Source: Podarcis vaucheri
Taxonomy: Eukaryota
Reading direction: 5' to 3' (one strand)
Length of the DNA: 64,000 nt
NCBI GenBank assembly: GCA_965113315.1
Contig: OZ220376.1
Position numbers and translations under genes: made by a program. This document shows positions 47,401 to 58,960 of the stretch, piece by piece (position 1 is the stretch's first letter; each line of letters opens with the position of its first letter). The notes under the pieces were generated by a model. It was not told the DNA's origin. It saw only the letters and a list, made by a program, of their open reading frames with translations, and did no database searches.

Positions 47401-48201
47401 TGATTTCAGTGCCACTAACCCGGGTCCAGATGGATTTGAGCATGAAAGCCTAAGCAACTGACTTTCAAAGACATAAAATCAGATAATTGATGGTATCACT
47501 TTAAATCCACAGTACAACAGGGGGGGGGTCCTCCTCATGAGCAAGACAAGGCCAATGTCTGTTCTCAACTCAACATCAGACTAGGAGCACTAAATCAGAA
47601 TCTTGATGGCTTCTCCCAGACTTTAGAACTTCCACCCTAGAGAAGTCAGACTGGCTCCCTCCTTGTCCATGTCAGCAGGTAAAGACTTTTTTGTTCCAAC
47701 AGGCTTTTGGGAACGGACTCCTTTTAATGAAAGGGCTGGTGTCATGTTGTTTTTATTATACTTATTTGTATGGTTTTAACAGATTTTATACATGTATATA
47801 GTTTAATTTTTTAAAAAATGATTGTTTTTTCTGTTTTTAGCAGTTCTCATTTTTTTATATGCAAGCCGCCTTGAGTCCCATCAGGGAAAAAGTTCGGGTA
47901 TAAAGAAATATATAATAATAACAACAACCTCACAGGCACAAGAATTCAACCAGAATAACTGACAGAATCCAGATTTTTTAAAAACAAAACCAAATACACA
48001 CCAAATGCAGTACCAGAGATCAGGATGAAGCCAGTAGCCACTGCAACCGTCCAGTTGCAGTGAGGTGCACGATGGGGACTAGCAGATTGCACAAACTGGG
48101 TTATTGAAATTTTGACTGCAATCCAAAACATGGAAGTATTAAAATGTTTATTCCACTCAGCATGTTATCCAGCAGACACCAACCACAGCATCTTTTAGAT
48201 A

Positions 48202-48442
48202 CAGTGGTACCTCGGGTTACATATGCTTCAGGTTACATACGCTTAAGGTTACAGACTCGGCTAACCCAGAAATAGGACTTCAGGTTAAGAACTTTGCTTC
48301 AGGATGAGAACAGAAATCGTGCTCCGGCAGCGCGGCAGCAGCAGGAGGCCCCATTAGCTAAAGTGGTACTTCAGGTTAAGAACAGTTTCAGGTTAAGTAA
48401 GGACCTCCAGAGCGAATAAGTACTTAACCCGAGGTACCACTG
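48202..48442. mobile_element. Tc1/mariner MITE, family A
   Basis: Perfect TIRs, TA TSD. Confidence 0.9.
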
Positions 48443-49266
48443 TACTTGCTGAGAACTTCACTTTCCCCCCCTGTTCATTCTGGATAGTACTGCTCAGCAA
48501 TCCAGCATTTTGTATATGTGCAGATATATTCTGTTTTCCAAAATGTTTTAGAGTTTTGATTTTGTACTGTAAACAGCTTTCAGATTTGGTGTGTATGTAC
48601 ACGTACATGCATGCGTGCGTGCGTGTGTGTGTGTGTGTGTTTGTATACACACACACACACACACACATAAATATAAAGATCTAAACACACATGGATTAAT
48701 GACAAAAACAAAGATCAATACATACAGATTATCTCTTGATGCCAAATTTCCGCAACCAATAGATCCAAACAGGTACTTCTTCCAATGTTCACTGTACACT
48801 CCATGAACATAGCTCATTATCAGGAAATCCTAAAACAACAGAGCAACCTTCCCCCAGCTCCACAACATGTTTTGAATTCCTGCCTTGGCTTCAATTCCAA
48901 ATCCCCCAAGCTTTGTTAAAGCAATCCTAATCCGATCATAGGTTGCTTCTCATAGGAGAAACCACCAGCGTGTCTGCCCTTCAAATAGGAAAAGCCAGGA
49001 AGTTATGGAGTGGAACAAAGCAGGCTGGAGGAAGTCAATCTAGCCTTACACCACCCATAGGAAAAGCTGCAGGCCGCAAGCATAAGAACCCTGCTGGATT
49101 GGAACAAAGGCCCACCTAGTTGAGCATCCTATTCCCACCGTGAAGAGCCAGCTGCCTATATGAAGCCTGAAAGTAAAAGAACTCCCCCTCCTTGCAGCCA
49201 TTTCCCAGCAGCTGTTATTCGGCCACCTCCGGCGCAGGGAGTACAGTACATAGCCATCATGACTAG

Positions 49267-49657
49267 TAGCCACCCAAAAAGTCACAACTGCACAGAAAAC
49301 AAAAGATTCGGAAGAGACATGTTATTAGAGACCCATCCATCCAAGTACAGCAGAATTATTGTGGGAGTAAGAACATAACAAGAAGGCAGTGTGACCCATC
49401 TAGTCCAGCATCCACTTCTTACAGTGGCCAACCAGATGCCCCAGTGGGAAGCCCACAAGAGGGACCTGGGAATAAAAGCACTCTCCCTTCCTGCAGTTTC
49501 CAGCAACTGGTTTTTCAGAAACATGACTGCCTCCAACGGTGGAGGTAAAACATAGCTATTGGGGTGAGTAGCCGCTGATAGCCTTCTCCTCCGTGAATTT
49601 CTCTAAACCTCTTTAAAAGCCATGCAAGTTGGTAGACACCACTGCCTCTTGTAGGAG
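49267..49657 (-). pseudogene. Diverged intragenic duplicate of the LMF1 intron-1/exon-2 boundary (first 21 nt of exon 2, the acceptor, and about 370 nt of adjacent intron)
   Basis: 49267 TAGCCACCCAAAAAGTCACAACTGCACAGAAAACAAAAGAT...TGTTATTAGAGAC...TCCAAGTACAGCAGAATTATTGTGGGAG aligns with 54249 TAGCCACCAAAAAAGCTACAACTGCAAAGAAAAAAAGAT...TGTTACTGGAGAC...TCCAAGCAAAGCAGAATTATTGTAGGAG. Both continue into a CR1 fragment of similar extent. Confidence 0.8.
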
Positions 49658-49737
49658 ACAGTATCTTGCCCTTCCTCCCTCTGGAACCCAAAGTGGCGCA
49701 CACAATACAGTATTGATAAATACATTATGGACATGTG

Positions 49738-49776
49738 GTTCCAGGTACTGACTAGACCCGGACCTGCTTAGCTTCA
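49738..49776 (-). mobile_element. 5S rRNA-derived fragment (SINE3/AmnSINE-type head or 5S pseudogene remnant)
   Basis: TCCAGGTACTGACTAGACCCGGACCTGCTTAGCTTC resembles the reverse complement of the 5S internal control region GAAGCTAAGCAGGGTCGGGCCTGGTTAGTACTTGGA. Confidence 0.55.
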
Positions 49777-50144
49777 GGCAAAGGGGGGGGGTGCCCTCAA
49801 TCTATACCCTGGAACCTTGTGTGCCCTCAACCTATACCCTGGAACCAGTTGTTGTTGTTGTTGTTGTTATGCCGCCCATCTGACTGGGTTGCCCCAGCCA
49901 CTCTGGGCGCAGGTTTGAGCAAGTCAATTCCAGGCGCGCGCGCACACACAACACAGAACCTCTGGAAAGCACAAGGAAGATGTGGCGGGCTCTCTGCAGA
50001 AAAGGGGGAAAGGGTGCAGCTCAACGTAGAACATCTGCTTTGTGTACAGACAGTCCCGGGTTCAAGCCCTGATGGCAACTCCAGGTAGGACTAAGAGAGA
50101 TTTTTGTCTGAAAGCCTGGAAAGCTGTTGATAATCAGTGTAGAC

Positions 50145-50450
50145 CAGTGGTTCCCCATTAGCTAAGTACTACAGACCCTCTGTTTTTCAAAAGCCAAGAT
50201 AGGGACCCCCTGCTTTTGAAAACATTGATATGTCTGTTGTAGGTTTTGTTATGGGAACGGTGCCACCATACCCCCCCTCCAAATGTCCCAGCACTAGACT
50301 GAGACATGCGTCTTCCAGGCAGTGTTCCCACACGAGAACATGGGACCCGAAAATGGGGTGTCCCAGACAGTTGACAGGTATGTGCCACAAAACCCTGAGT
50401 GGGTTATGTGGACCCTCCGGGGTCCATGGACCACAAATTGGGAACCACAA
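50145..50450. mobile_element. hAT MITE inserted in a tRNA-SINE
   Basis: Ends CAGTGGTTCCC / GGGAACCACAA and an 8-bp TSD GTGTAGAC (50137-50144) / GTATAGAC (50451-50458). Confidence 0.8.
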
Positions 50451-53400
50451 GTATAGACAATACTGAGCTAGGTGGATCCAAGGGAGTTCCTCAAAAAGGT
50501 AGAAATGTCGAACAACATTTATCCTGAAGCATGGATGTTATTTGCTCGCTCTGCTATAAAACTGGAGAGGCCTGGGCCCCTTAGGGTACATCAACAGGCA
50601 CGTAGCCGAAACCTTCACTGATTTAGGCTGCAAAAAAGGAAGAAAAGGAAAGGGGGCAGTCCCTCTGCTGAAGCTTCCTTTCCATCCTGCGTCTCAGCCA
50701 GCTGGACTGGAGTTGAAAAGAGTCACACTCAAGACAACAGCGCCTGGTATCTGAAGCTTCTAACCCAAAACAAATAGATAAATGCTTCAAAAATTAAAAT
50801 AAGAAGGGACTTTAAAAGAATAAATTGGCCCTTGCTGGCAGGGAAAAAACAGAAGAGGGGAAACTGCATTGCTCTTCAAAAAAAAAGAGAGAGAAAAATA
50901 ACCCATCAGCTTATCTACCTTTGAACTGGCTTCCCATCAGAAACCTCACACCGGCCACTCATGTAACTCAAGACTTTGTCTCCACTCACCAGATGCTAGA
51001 AAACAAAAAGGGCTCAGGATATCCAGGTGCACCAACCGGGTGCCAAAGAAAAAATATCCTTTTGGATGCTCCTGCATGAAAATCTTTCTTGCTTCCAAAT
51101 TCCATGTATCAGTAGCAAACCAGAGGTTGGCCTGGAAAAGGAAGCCCAATGAGGGATAGGGACAAACCCACATTGGTGGAGGGTCCTGAGTCGCATAAAG
51201 CTTGCCCACTGCCTCACTCTGCCACGCACTGGACAGCTCCTGTGCTCCTTTCTCTCTGGCATTCGGGCATCTCAGAGGCACAGAAGGAAAACTGGGGGTG
51301 CTTTTATTTATGTTATGAATTTCTTTCCGTAAAACATCCCAAATAGATTTAAACGAAAAGTAAATACAAATTTCTAAGAATGTAGATACAGACTAGGATT
51401 TTCAAAAGATCTCCACTTAAAAGTCTTGTTGGAAAAGGAAGGCCTTCAGTGGATACTGGTAACTTCCGTATTGGATTACTGCAATGGGGTCTAGATGGGT
51501 CTGTCCTTCAAGACGTATTCTAAACTTCACTTGGTACAACAAACAGTAGCCATTTCAAAACTGCTGCATTGGCTGCCGGTTCATATCCAGAATCAGCCTC
51601 CTTCTGCAAATAGGTGTGTTCAGAAAGGTAGACCAGAACTTCTAGAGCATGGAGCATTCAAGACCACACCAAAGTCTACAACAAGGCCCTAAGAGGGAGG
51701 TTCTAGGCCTCCAAGGGCACCATAGAGCATACCAAACTACTGCCTCCCATTTTGAATAAATGGCCAACTTGCATGTGAAATGCTTTGGACTAAGTCCCAT
51801 CAGCTGCAGCCCAGCACCGCCATGCTCCCATGAACCCACAATTATATAGCCACGTTGGCTGGGGATGATGGGACTTGTACTCCAAAGCAACTGGAGGGCA
51901 CCAGGTTGGCAAAGGGCAACACAGCACCCAAAACTGGCCACGGTTAGCAGAGACTGGTCCAAACAGACCCAGGTTCAACATGATGCTCCAGCCCAGAAGC
52001 CATGATGGGCAAGGAATGGAACGTGCAAGAAGTACGGCAGAAATCTCAGCTAGTCTGGCTTCTGTGGAGGATAACTGAAAACTACCCTCTCCAGGAGGAA
52101 TGTTAAATTGCAGACAGTTAAAGTATGGAAATCACTCTCTCAGGAGTGACAGCCATCAACTTGGATGGCTTTAAAAGATGATTGGGCAAATTCGTGGAAG
52201 AGGAGTAGGCTATCGTACTAACCATGTTGACTGTGTTCTGTTTCCACTCTTAGAATAGTGTACTGAGTTACATTTTTTCAACTGGTGCGGTATATTAAAC
52301 AAATAAATCCACACCACTTCATACCCCAAGCTCCATTTATTAATTATTATTTTAATAACCCACAAAGATAAAGCTAAGCAACTGAATGTCACAGTATATA
52401 TACAAGAATAATGACATTCAGAGAAATCTGAATGGGGCAGGGGGGAAGCAGAAGAATTTTCAACAGTCAACAACGCACTTTTTAAAACTATCCCACCCCT
52501 CTTTACAACATTAACTCCATTTCATATTTCACCATAATTTATACTGCCACTAAAATTGAGATGAATGGGGGGGGCAACACCTAGTTCCACTCCCCTTAAC
52601 CTCGTCCTCCTTGATCAAATTGCTATGTGGTTCTCGACAAAAGCTACCGTTTGCCATAAATTATCCAGTGAGGGAGCTGAATCCAACTTCATATGTTTTG
52701 CGCGCGCGCGCACACACACAAAGGGAATCAGTAACCCCAAATAACAATCCAGCCTCAAATATCACACGTGGTTCCTTCAAAGCCACAGTCCTGCTTCTGC
52801 AAAGAAAGAGCCAGAAAAGTCAACATTCCCAAGAGGCACCATGTGGCCTCCTAAGGGAGCCAAGTTTCTGTGCCCATTAAGGAAGGCTCAGCAAGTTGAG
52901 GATGATCCTGCTGTCAATCAAGTCCCACAGCCCTCTGGACAACTGGAGCAAAGGAACCCTGGAGTTTTTTCAGCAAGGTTCCAAAATCCATTTGTTGTGC
53001 TCACCACAGTGAGGGTCCCATCCCCTCTAAGGCATTGTTATCCAAAGAATCAGAGAATTGTAGAGTTTGAAAAAATCCAAATGCCTGTAGTGCAGGAATT
53101 ATTACTTGTTGTTGTTGTTATATTTATTGCCTGCCCTTCACCAGCTGGTCCCAACAATTAAAAATTCAGAATTAAAAACACTTAAAAGATCCCACAACCA
53201 CAGGAATAGGGAGAACTCTGAAGACACATATCTCAGGTGCCAAGGGTCAGGAGAAAGTGATGAATCTTCAGCATTCATCAAAGGCTATACAGTGAAGAAG
53301 CCAGGCAAGTGGGGAACGAATTCCACAACTTCGGGGCAGGCACAGAGAAGGCCCTCTCCTGGGCTGCCACTCACTGAACATCTGAGAGAGGTGGAACTAC

Positions 53401-53959
53401 CAAGAGGGCCCCCACTGCTGATCTTAACACCTAGGAGGGTCTGTAGGGAAAGAGGCAACCTTTCAGGTATTTGGGGCCCATGTCATTTAGGGCTTTGAAC
53501 ATCTTGCTTTGGGCGTAGAAACAAAATGGCATGATGAGCCCCAGCCTTCTTCCTCAAGATGGATCCAGGGACAGAATGAAGGTATCATCCCATCATTCAT
53601 GTTATGTTTCTAAGGCAATCGGAGTGCCAAGCCCAGAAATCAAATTCCACATACACACCCCGGCTATCTTAGATTTCTTACCTATTCCTAGTAGACAGAT
53701 TCATTGGACAGGATTCTGGCATAGAGGCATGGAGAATCGTTACTTATTTAAAACATTTCTTAACCATTCTACATCAAATGAATGGGACATTCCTACAATA
53801 TAAGTTATAGTCCAAAACATCTGGAGGGCATGAAGTTGGGGGTAGGGGTGGGGAGCCTATGAGATGTTTCATTATTTCTACATCATCATCTTAATAACTT
53901 GAGGGTCCTCAGAATGACAAGCAGCAAGTATAACAGAGAAGATGTACCAACCAACTTAC

Positions 53960-54269
53960 CAGACCTGTCCCACGTTAATTAAGGAGAGGTAGAGAGCCCA
54001 CAGGGAAGCCATGAGGATCACGTTGGCGCAGCCGGTGACCAGGACAAAAGATGAGATCCCCAGGCCAGCCACAGCAAAGACATCCAGGACACTGTCCATG
54101 CTGGACCAATCCAAAAACCAAATTAAAGTCGGGGCATAGCTTAAGGCGTCCAAGTTTATCTTCCCCTTGAAATAGCGCTTCACACTCTCCAGGTACAACT
54201 TGCAAGGGAGGAGTCCCTGGTCTCCAATCAGGGCCTTGTTTTGATGCTTAGCCACCAAAAAAGCTACAA
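53960..54269 (-). CDS. LMF1: LMF1 coding exon 2 (310 nt; (F)VAFLVAKHQNKALIGDQGLLPC...TGCANVILMASLWALYLSLINVGQV(W))
   Basis: Acceptor tttttttctttgcag at 54270, donor TG|GTAAGT at 53959. In frame with exon 1 (TAC T|TT GTA). Strong similarity to LMF1 (HQNKxLIGDxGLLPC, GLGISSFVLxTGCAN). Confidence 0.97.
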
Positions 54270-57200
54270 CTGCAAAGAAAAAAAGATGAGGGGAAAGGCG
54301 TGTTACTGGAGACACAACAGTCCAAGCAAAGCAGAATTATTGTAGGAGCAAGAAGAGGCTGCTGTATCAGGCCAGTGACCCATCTAGTCCAGCATCCTGT
54401 TCTCAAAGTAGTCAACCAGGTGGCCCAATGAGAAGCCCACAAGCTGGACCTGAGTGCCACAGCACTCTCCCCTCCTGCAGTTTCCAGCAACTGGTATTTG
54501 GAAGCATTCCTGCCTGCAACAGTAAAGGCAGAACATAAGCCATCAGGGGTAGTAATCATTGATAGCCTTATTGTCCTCCATGAATTTGTCCAATCCTATT
54601 TTAAAGCCATCCATGTTGATGGCCATCATTGCCTCTTGTGGGAGTAAATTCCAGCTTGCTTGCTTAGAGCATTTGCTGCCTCTTTTAGTAATTTGCTACC
54701 TACTGATTGGGCTGTTACTCTTAAGGCTTGTATCTTTTTACAGATTGCGTGTATTCTTCTCATCTTATTTACTTTTACTATAAACCACCCTGTGGCTTGT
54801 GTAAAGGATGGTGTATATATATAAATCATCTAAATAAACAAATGTACATGTTATTCTCTGCATACTGTAAAATTGTATAAATCAGAGAGAGGAGCTGAGG
54901 GAAGTCTCGGGGTGGGGGGGTTGAGGTGGGGAAATGGGGGGAAAGAATGATTATAATATGTTTTTATATTTTGTTACATTGAAATTGTTATTTTTTTAAA
55001 AAAATAAACAAACAAATGTAACCAGGTTACATTTGCTTGCCAGCCAACATATGCCTAAATAATATACCGGGGGGGGGGGGATAGAGGGGGAACCAAAACC
55101 ACCCTTTTTTGTTCAATTTGTTGGCTTGGTCACCTGTAGGTGACACTTACCCACCACAGGCAGCTAGGTAAGCAGGTGTCTGGTAGGCTATACTATAACA
55201 TTCCACCATCACACCAAAGCAGTCGTAAATGATAGTTAAGACACATAAAGAAATCCAAATCAAGTCTGTGGCCTTCATGAAACTTCCCCCACAGTTTAAT
55301 ATATCCACCTCTGGTTAAAAATATATTTTCGCTTCCTTCCAGGGTGAGGGTCGGTGAGGAGTGGGGAACCCTCCACAACCTAATTTACCTTGATTAACAC
55401 TGCAATTGGCCAAGGAGTTTTTCCTCAAGTGCTAATCAAAATTTACCTCAAAATTGCTGGCCTGCCATCCAACTGCTCATCAGCTCCTAGAAGTACAAAT
55501 TACACTCCTGGCTTGAGAGCAAAGATAAACAAAGGAAGAGCAAATGAGGAATAAGATACACCCTGACAAAAACGGAAATAAAACGGAGAGTGTACACTGT
55601 TATTTACATGTAGGTTGGACATAACGGAAACATCTAGAAGCGGGAGACACAAGGCCACAAAGAGGCCCCTGAAATAGAGGCCTGACAGGTTCACAATGGC
55701 AAGAAGCTCAGTTGGGCTGCATTTACACAGCAGTCCATTTGACATTTTCCCTAACTGCTAATTTCCATATTATATTTAAGCTTTCACACAACGTAAAAGT
55801 TACTTCTGGAAATCTAGCAGAACGCAGTAGAAGCTGTTCATTTTCATATTGTTTTAAAGCTATTTTCTGTGCATTACATGGGATGAGGTCGTAGATAGGA
55901 AGATGCCTTATTCAGAGTTAGACCATCCGTCTATGTACAGTTGCCCACTACCTGCACTTTCCAGAAACAGTTGAAAACATTGTTCCAATGGTGGACAATC
56001 TGGACAAACGGGTCTCTAACACAAGTTTCCATTGTTAGGAATTGGGACCAGTTTTAGACGTATTTCTTGTTTCTGTGTTTTTAGCTATTTTCAGTTATCT
56101 TACGAATAAATTGCCTTGACACTGTGGTTTAGAAGGCAGTTAATACATTAGTGGTAATAATAAGAACAACCCAACAGGCACAGAGTCTCAATCATCTAGA
56201 CTTGTTAGGTCTGCTGATCTAGCTCCAGCCTTTTCTTTGTGTTGCTTGCCCCACCCAAAGGTTGTCATGGTTCGAGGAAGAAATAATCCCGATATTCATA
56301 CTCGATAAGGATGAAAAGACATAAAATGCAAAACGTTCGAGACACATCTGCTTCTCCCCATTCCCACCCAAACTTCTTACCAAAAAGAAATAACAAATAC
56401 AAAAAAGCAATCAATTTTCTTAAAATCAGTTAAAAGTGCTGACCACATGCAGTAGTAAACCACGAAGGAAAGATGCCTTATAAAGGGAAAGGCCAATAGT
56501 CCACTGAGGTCTGTACACAAGCAATGGGGAAGTATCAGGCCTAATTAACCCAGACCAGGGTCCTAATTTGGCCAGCGAGGCTATTTTATCCAAGCCCCAC
56601 ACTACATCTGACATCTACATGCAGCACATGGTTAAAATATGGCACTCGCTCCCCCAAGAGGCAGTGATGGCCACCAACTTAAAAGAGGATTGGGCAAATT
56701 CAAGGAGCAGGATAAGGCTATCGCTGGCTACTAGCCATGATGGTTATGGGCTGCCTCCACAGTTGGGCAGTAATGCTTCTGAATACGAGACGCTGGAAAC
56801 CGCAGATGGGTAGAGGGCTCTCGCTCTCAAGTCCTGCATACAGTCTTCCCATAATGGGCATCCAGTTGGCCACTGTGAGAACAGGATGTTTGACTAGGTG
56901 GACCATTTCCCTGTTCCAGGAAGCTCTTCTGGTGTCCTCATGTCATATATGTAAATATGTGGTTGCAAATGAACAACCAGGAGGCTTAAAATGTTGTCCC
57001 AACTGTTCCTTAGAAAGCAAAGATTGAACTTGGCACCTTTAACCAAATGCAAAGTATCACTAAGAATGATTCCTGTCGGAAGGAGAACCTGAAAGCAATG
57101 CTAGATGATGACTTGCAAGCCCTGCCTTGGGCTGGCCAGGATCTTCTTTTGCAGCATGGCTTGAACTCAAGCCACCCTACAAATGGAAAATTGGTCACCT

Positions 57201-58489
57201 GACATCAAGACGACATCAGGCAAGTGAAAGGTGGGTGGCCACTCCCATCTATCCAGGTTACAAGCTGGGGTGGTGGGGCCTCAGGATCTTGCCCATTCAT
57301 TGAAAAGATTCCCTATCTGTGGCTTACACTGATTGGCATAGGCTCTCCAGGGTTTCAGACAGGGAGTCTCTCCAAGCAAAGCCCAGAGATGTCAGGAATT
57401 GAATCTAGGACCTTCTGCATGCAAAGCAGCTGTTCTACCAGTGAGCTTTGGCTCTTGAAAGAATAGTTATGAAATACACACACCCGCAGCTTTCTTCTGC
57501 AAAGCTAGAAACCTAAAGAAACCTTCAATATCTGTGCATTTATTATTTATAACATAAAGCAAATCTATCTTCAGGGTGCAAGTCAAGAGGGGTGCAAGCG
57601 ATACATGGCGGGTTTTTACATTCTGCTCTTTTCTTCCTTTGACTGGGTGGGCAAGTCAAGGGGACCCAACAGATCTCCTCTTTGGCACATACGGCACCTG
57701 AATCTATCACACTGAATCCTGCAGTGCAAATCTTATTTCCCCAAGTCCTTGCCCCGTGTCCCGATTCATCTTCATTCCAGATTCCTAAAGACCATTCTCA
57801 AAAGCAGAGCTTGCTGGAAATGCAAGAGGTGACATGATAGAAATTTGGAAAATTATGCTTTCTTTCTTTCTTTGCTTTATATACCACCCTTCATCAAAAG
57901 ATCTAAGGGCTTTTCACAAGATAGAAAGTGGAGAAAATGGAAAGAGAAAAGCTTTTCTCCTTCTCTCATTACACTAGAACTCAGGGACATCCAAAGAAGC
58001 TGAATGTTGGAAGATTCAGGACACAGAGGGAGGAAATAATCAAAACACTTAGAGAACTGAACTGATTTTTAGCAATCTGGTTTTTAAAAAATTATGAATC
58101 CAGAAAATGAGTATTTCTGTGGAAAGTAATACTGTAAAATACTTGGAAGCTGAACTGGTAGAGTAGAAGCCAAGTACAAAGCAATCTGTTTGCACTCATT
58201 GCCCCAGGAGGCATCACTCTCCCTTCAGCTTTTTTCTGTGCAGAGTGAGCCACAACAACAGCCTTAGCAATCATTTTTCTTATTTGCAGGGAAGGAGGGG
58301 GAGTTTTGCCTGACGCCTTCCGGTTTCCTGATTTATGAGAAAGTCCCAATGAATTCAATGGGGTATGTGGGAGGTTAGGATTTGCAGTCTTGTCACTTTC
58401 TTTTTTAAAAAAATTAAAAAGCAGGAGAGAACGATGCTTGTTATCTATCCCCACCCCACCAAATAAAAATCGTCTGCTGGAAATAGAGA

Positions 58490-58960
58490 ATTGATGGCGA
58501 GGATTTGGAAGCCCCATCACCGATTTCTCCATCTCTGCCTCCCCGTCCCCTGCCAGGCAGGCACTCACAGTAAATGAAGGCGGTGGCGCGCAGCAGCACC
58601 AGGCGCGTTAGCCAAAAGGTACCAGGGCGCAAGGAGGAGGGAGCCGAGGGGCTGCGCGACTCCTTCGCGCCGGGGTCTGAGGCGGCTGCGACCGCCTCCC
58701 CACCAGCCCCTCGCCGCCGCCTCAGGTCCTCCCTACTCGTAGCCATGCCTGTCTGAAGTGGGCGGGCCCGATGGCCTGGCGCTGTACAGCGCGTGCGCCC
58801 GCATCCCCGGGGGGCGTATTTTGGAGACGCCACGGAGCGCGCGGCCATTGGAGAGGGCAGTGGCGCACGCGCGCTCTAGTGCGCTAGCTCGCTCGCACTC
58901 GCGCCCGGGTAGCTTGACTTCGGGCGCCCGTTTGCTCTTGCTGCGAGCTGATCACGCGTA
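58490..58960 (-). promoter_or_regulatory. LMF1 CpG-island promoter (TATA-less, housekeeping type)
   Basis: Dense CpG around exon 1. Two NRF1-type sites in opposite orientation (GCGCGTGCGC 58789-58798, GCGCACGCGC 58863-58872), CCAAT on the minus strand (ATTGG 58847-58851) and a GC box GGGCGGG (58760-58766). Confidence 0.8.
58569..58746 (-). CDS. LMF1: LMF1 coding exon 1 (MATSREDLRRRR...GTFWLTRLVLLRATAFIY, 178 nt, phase-1 end)
   Basis: ATG at 58746 in good context (ggcATGG). The translation contains GTFWLTRLVLL...AFIY, matching the vertebrate LMF1 N-terminus (human GTFWLTRIVLLKALAFVY). Donor T|GTGAGT at 58568. Lies inside a CpG island. Confidence 0.95.
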
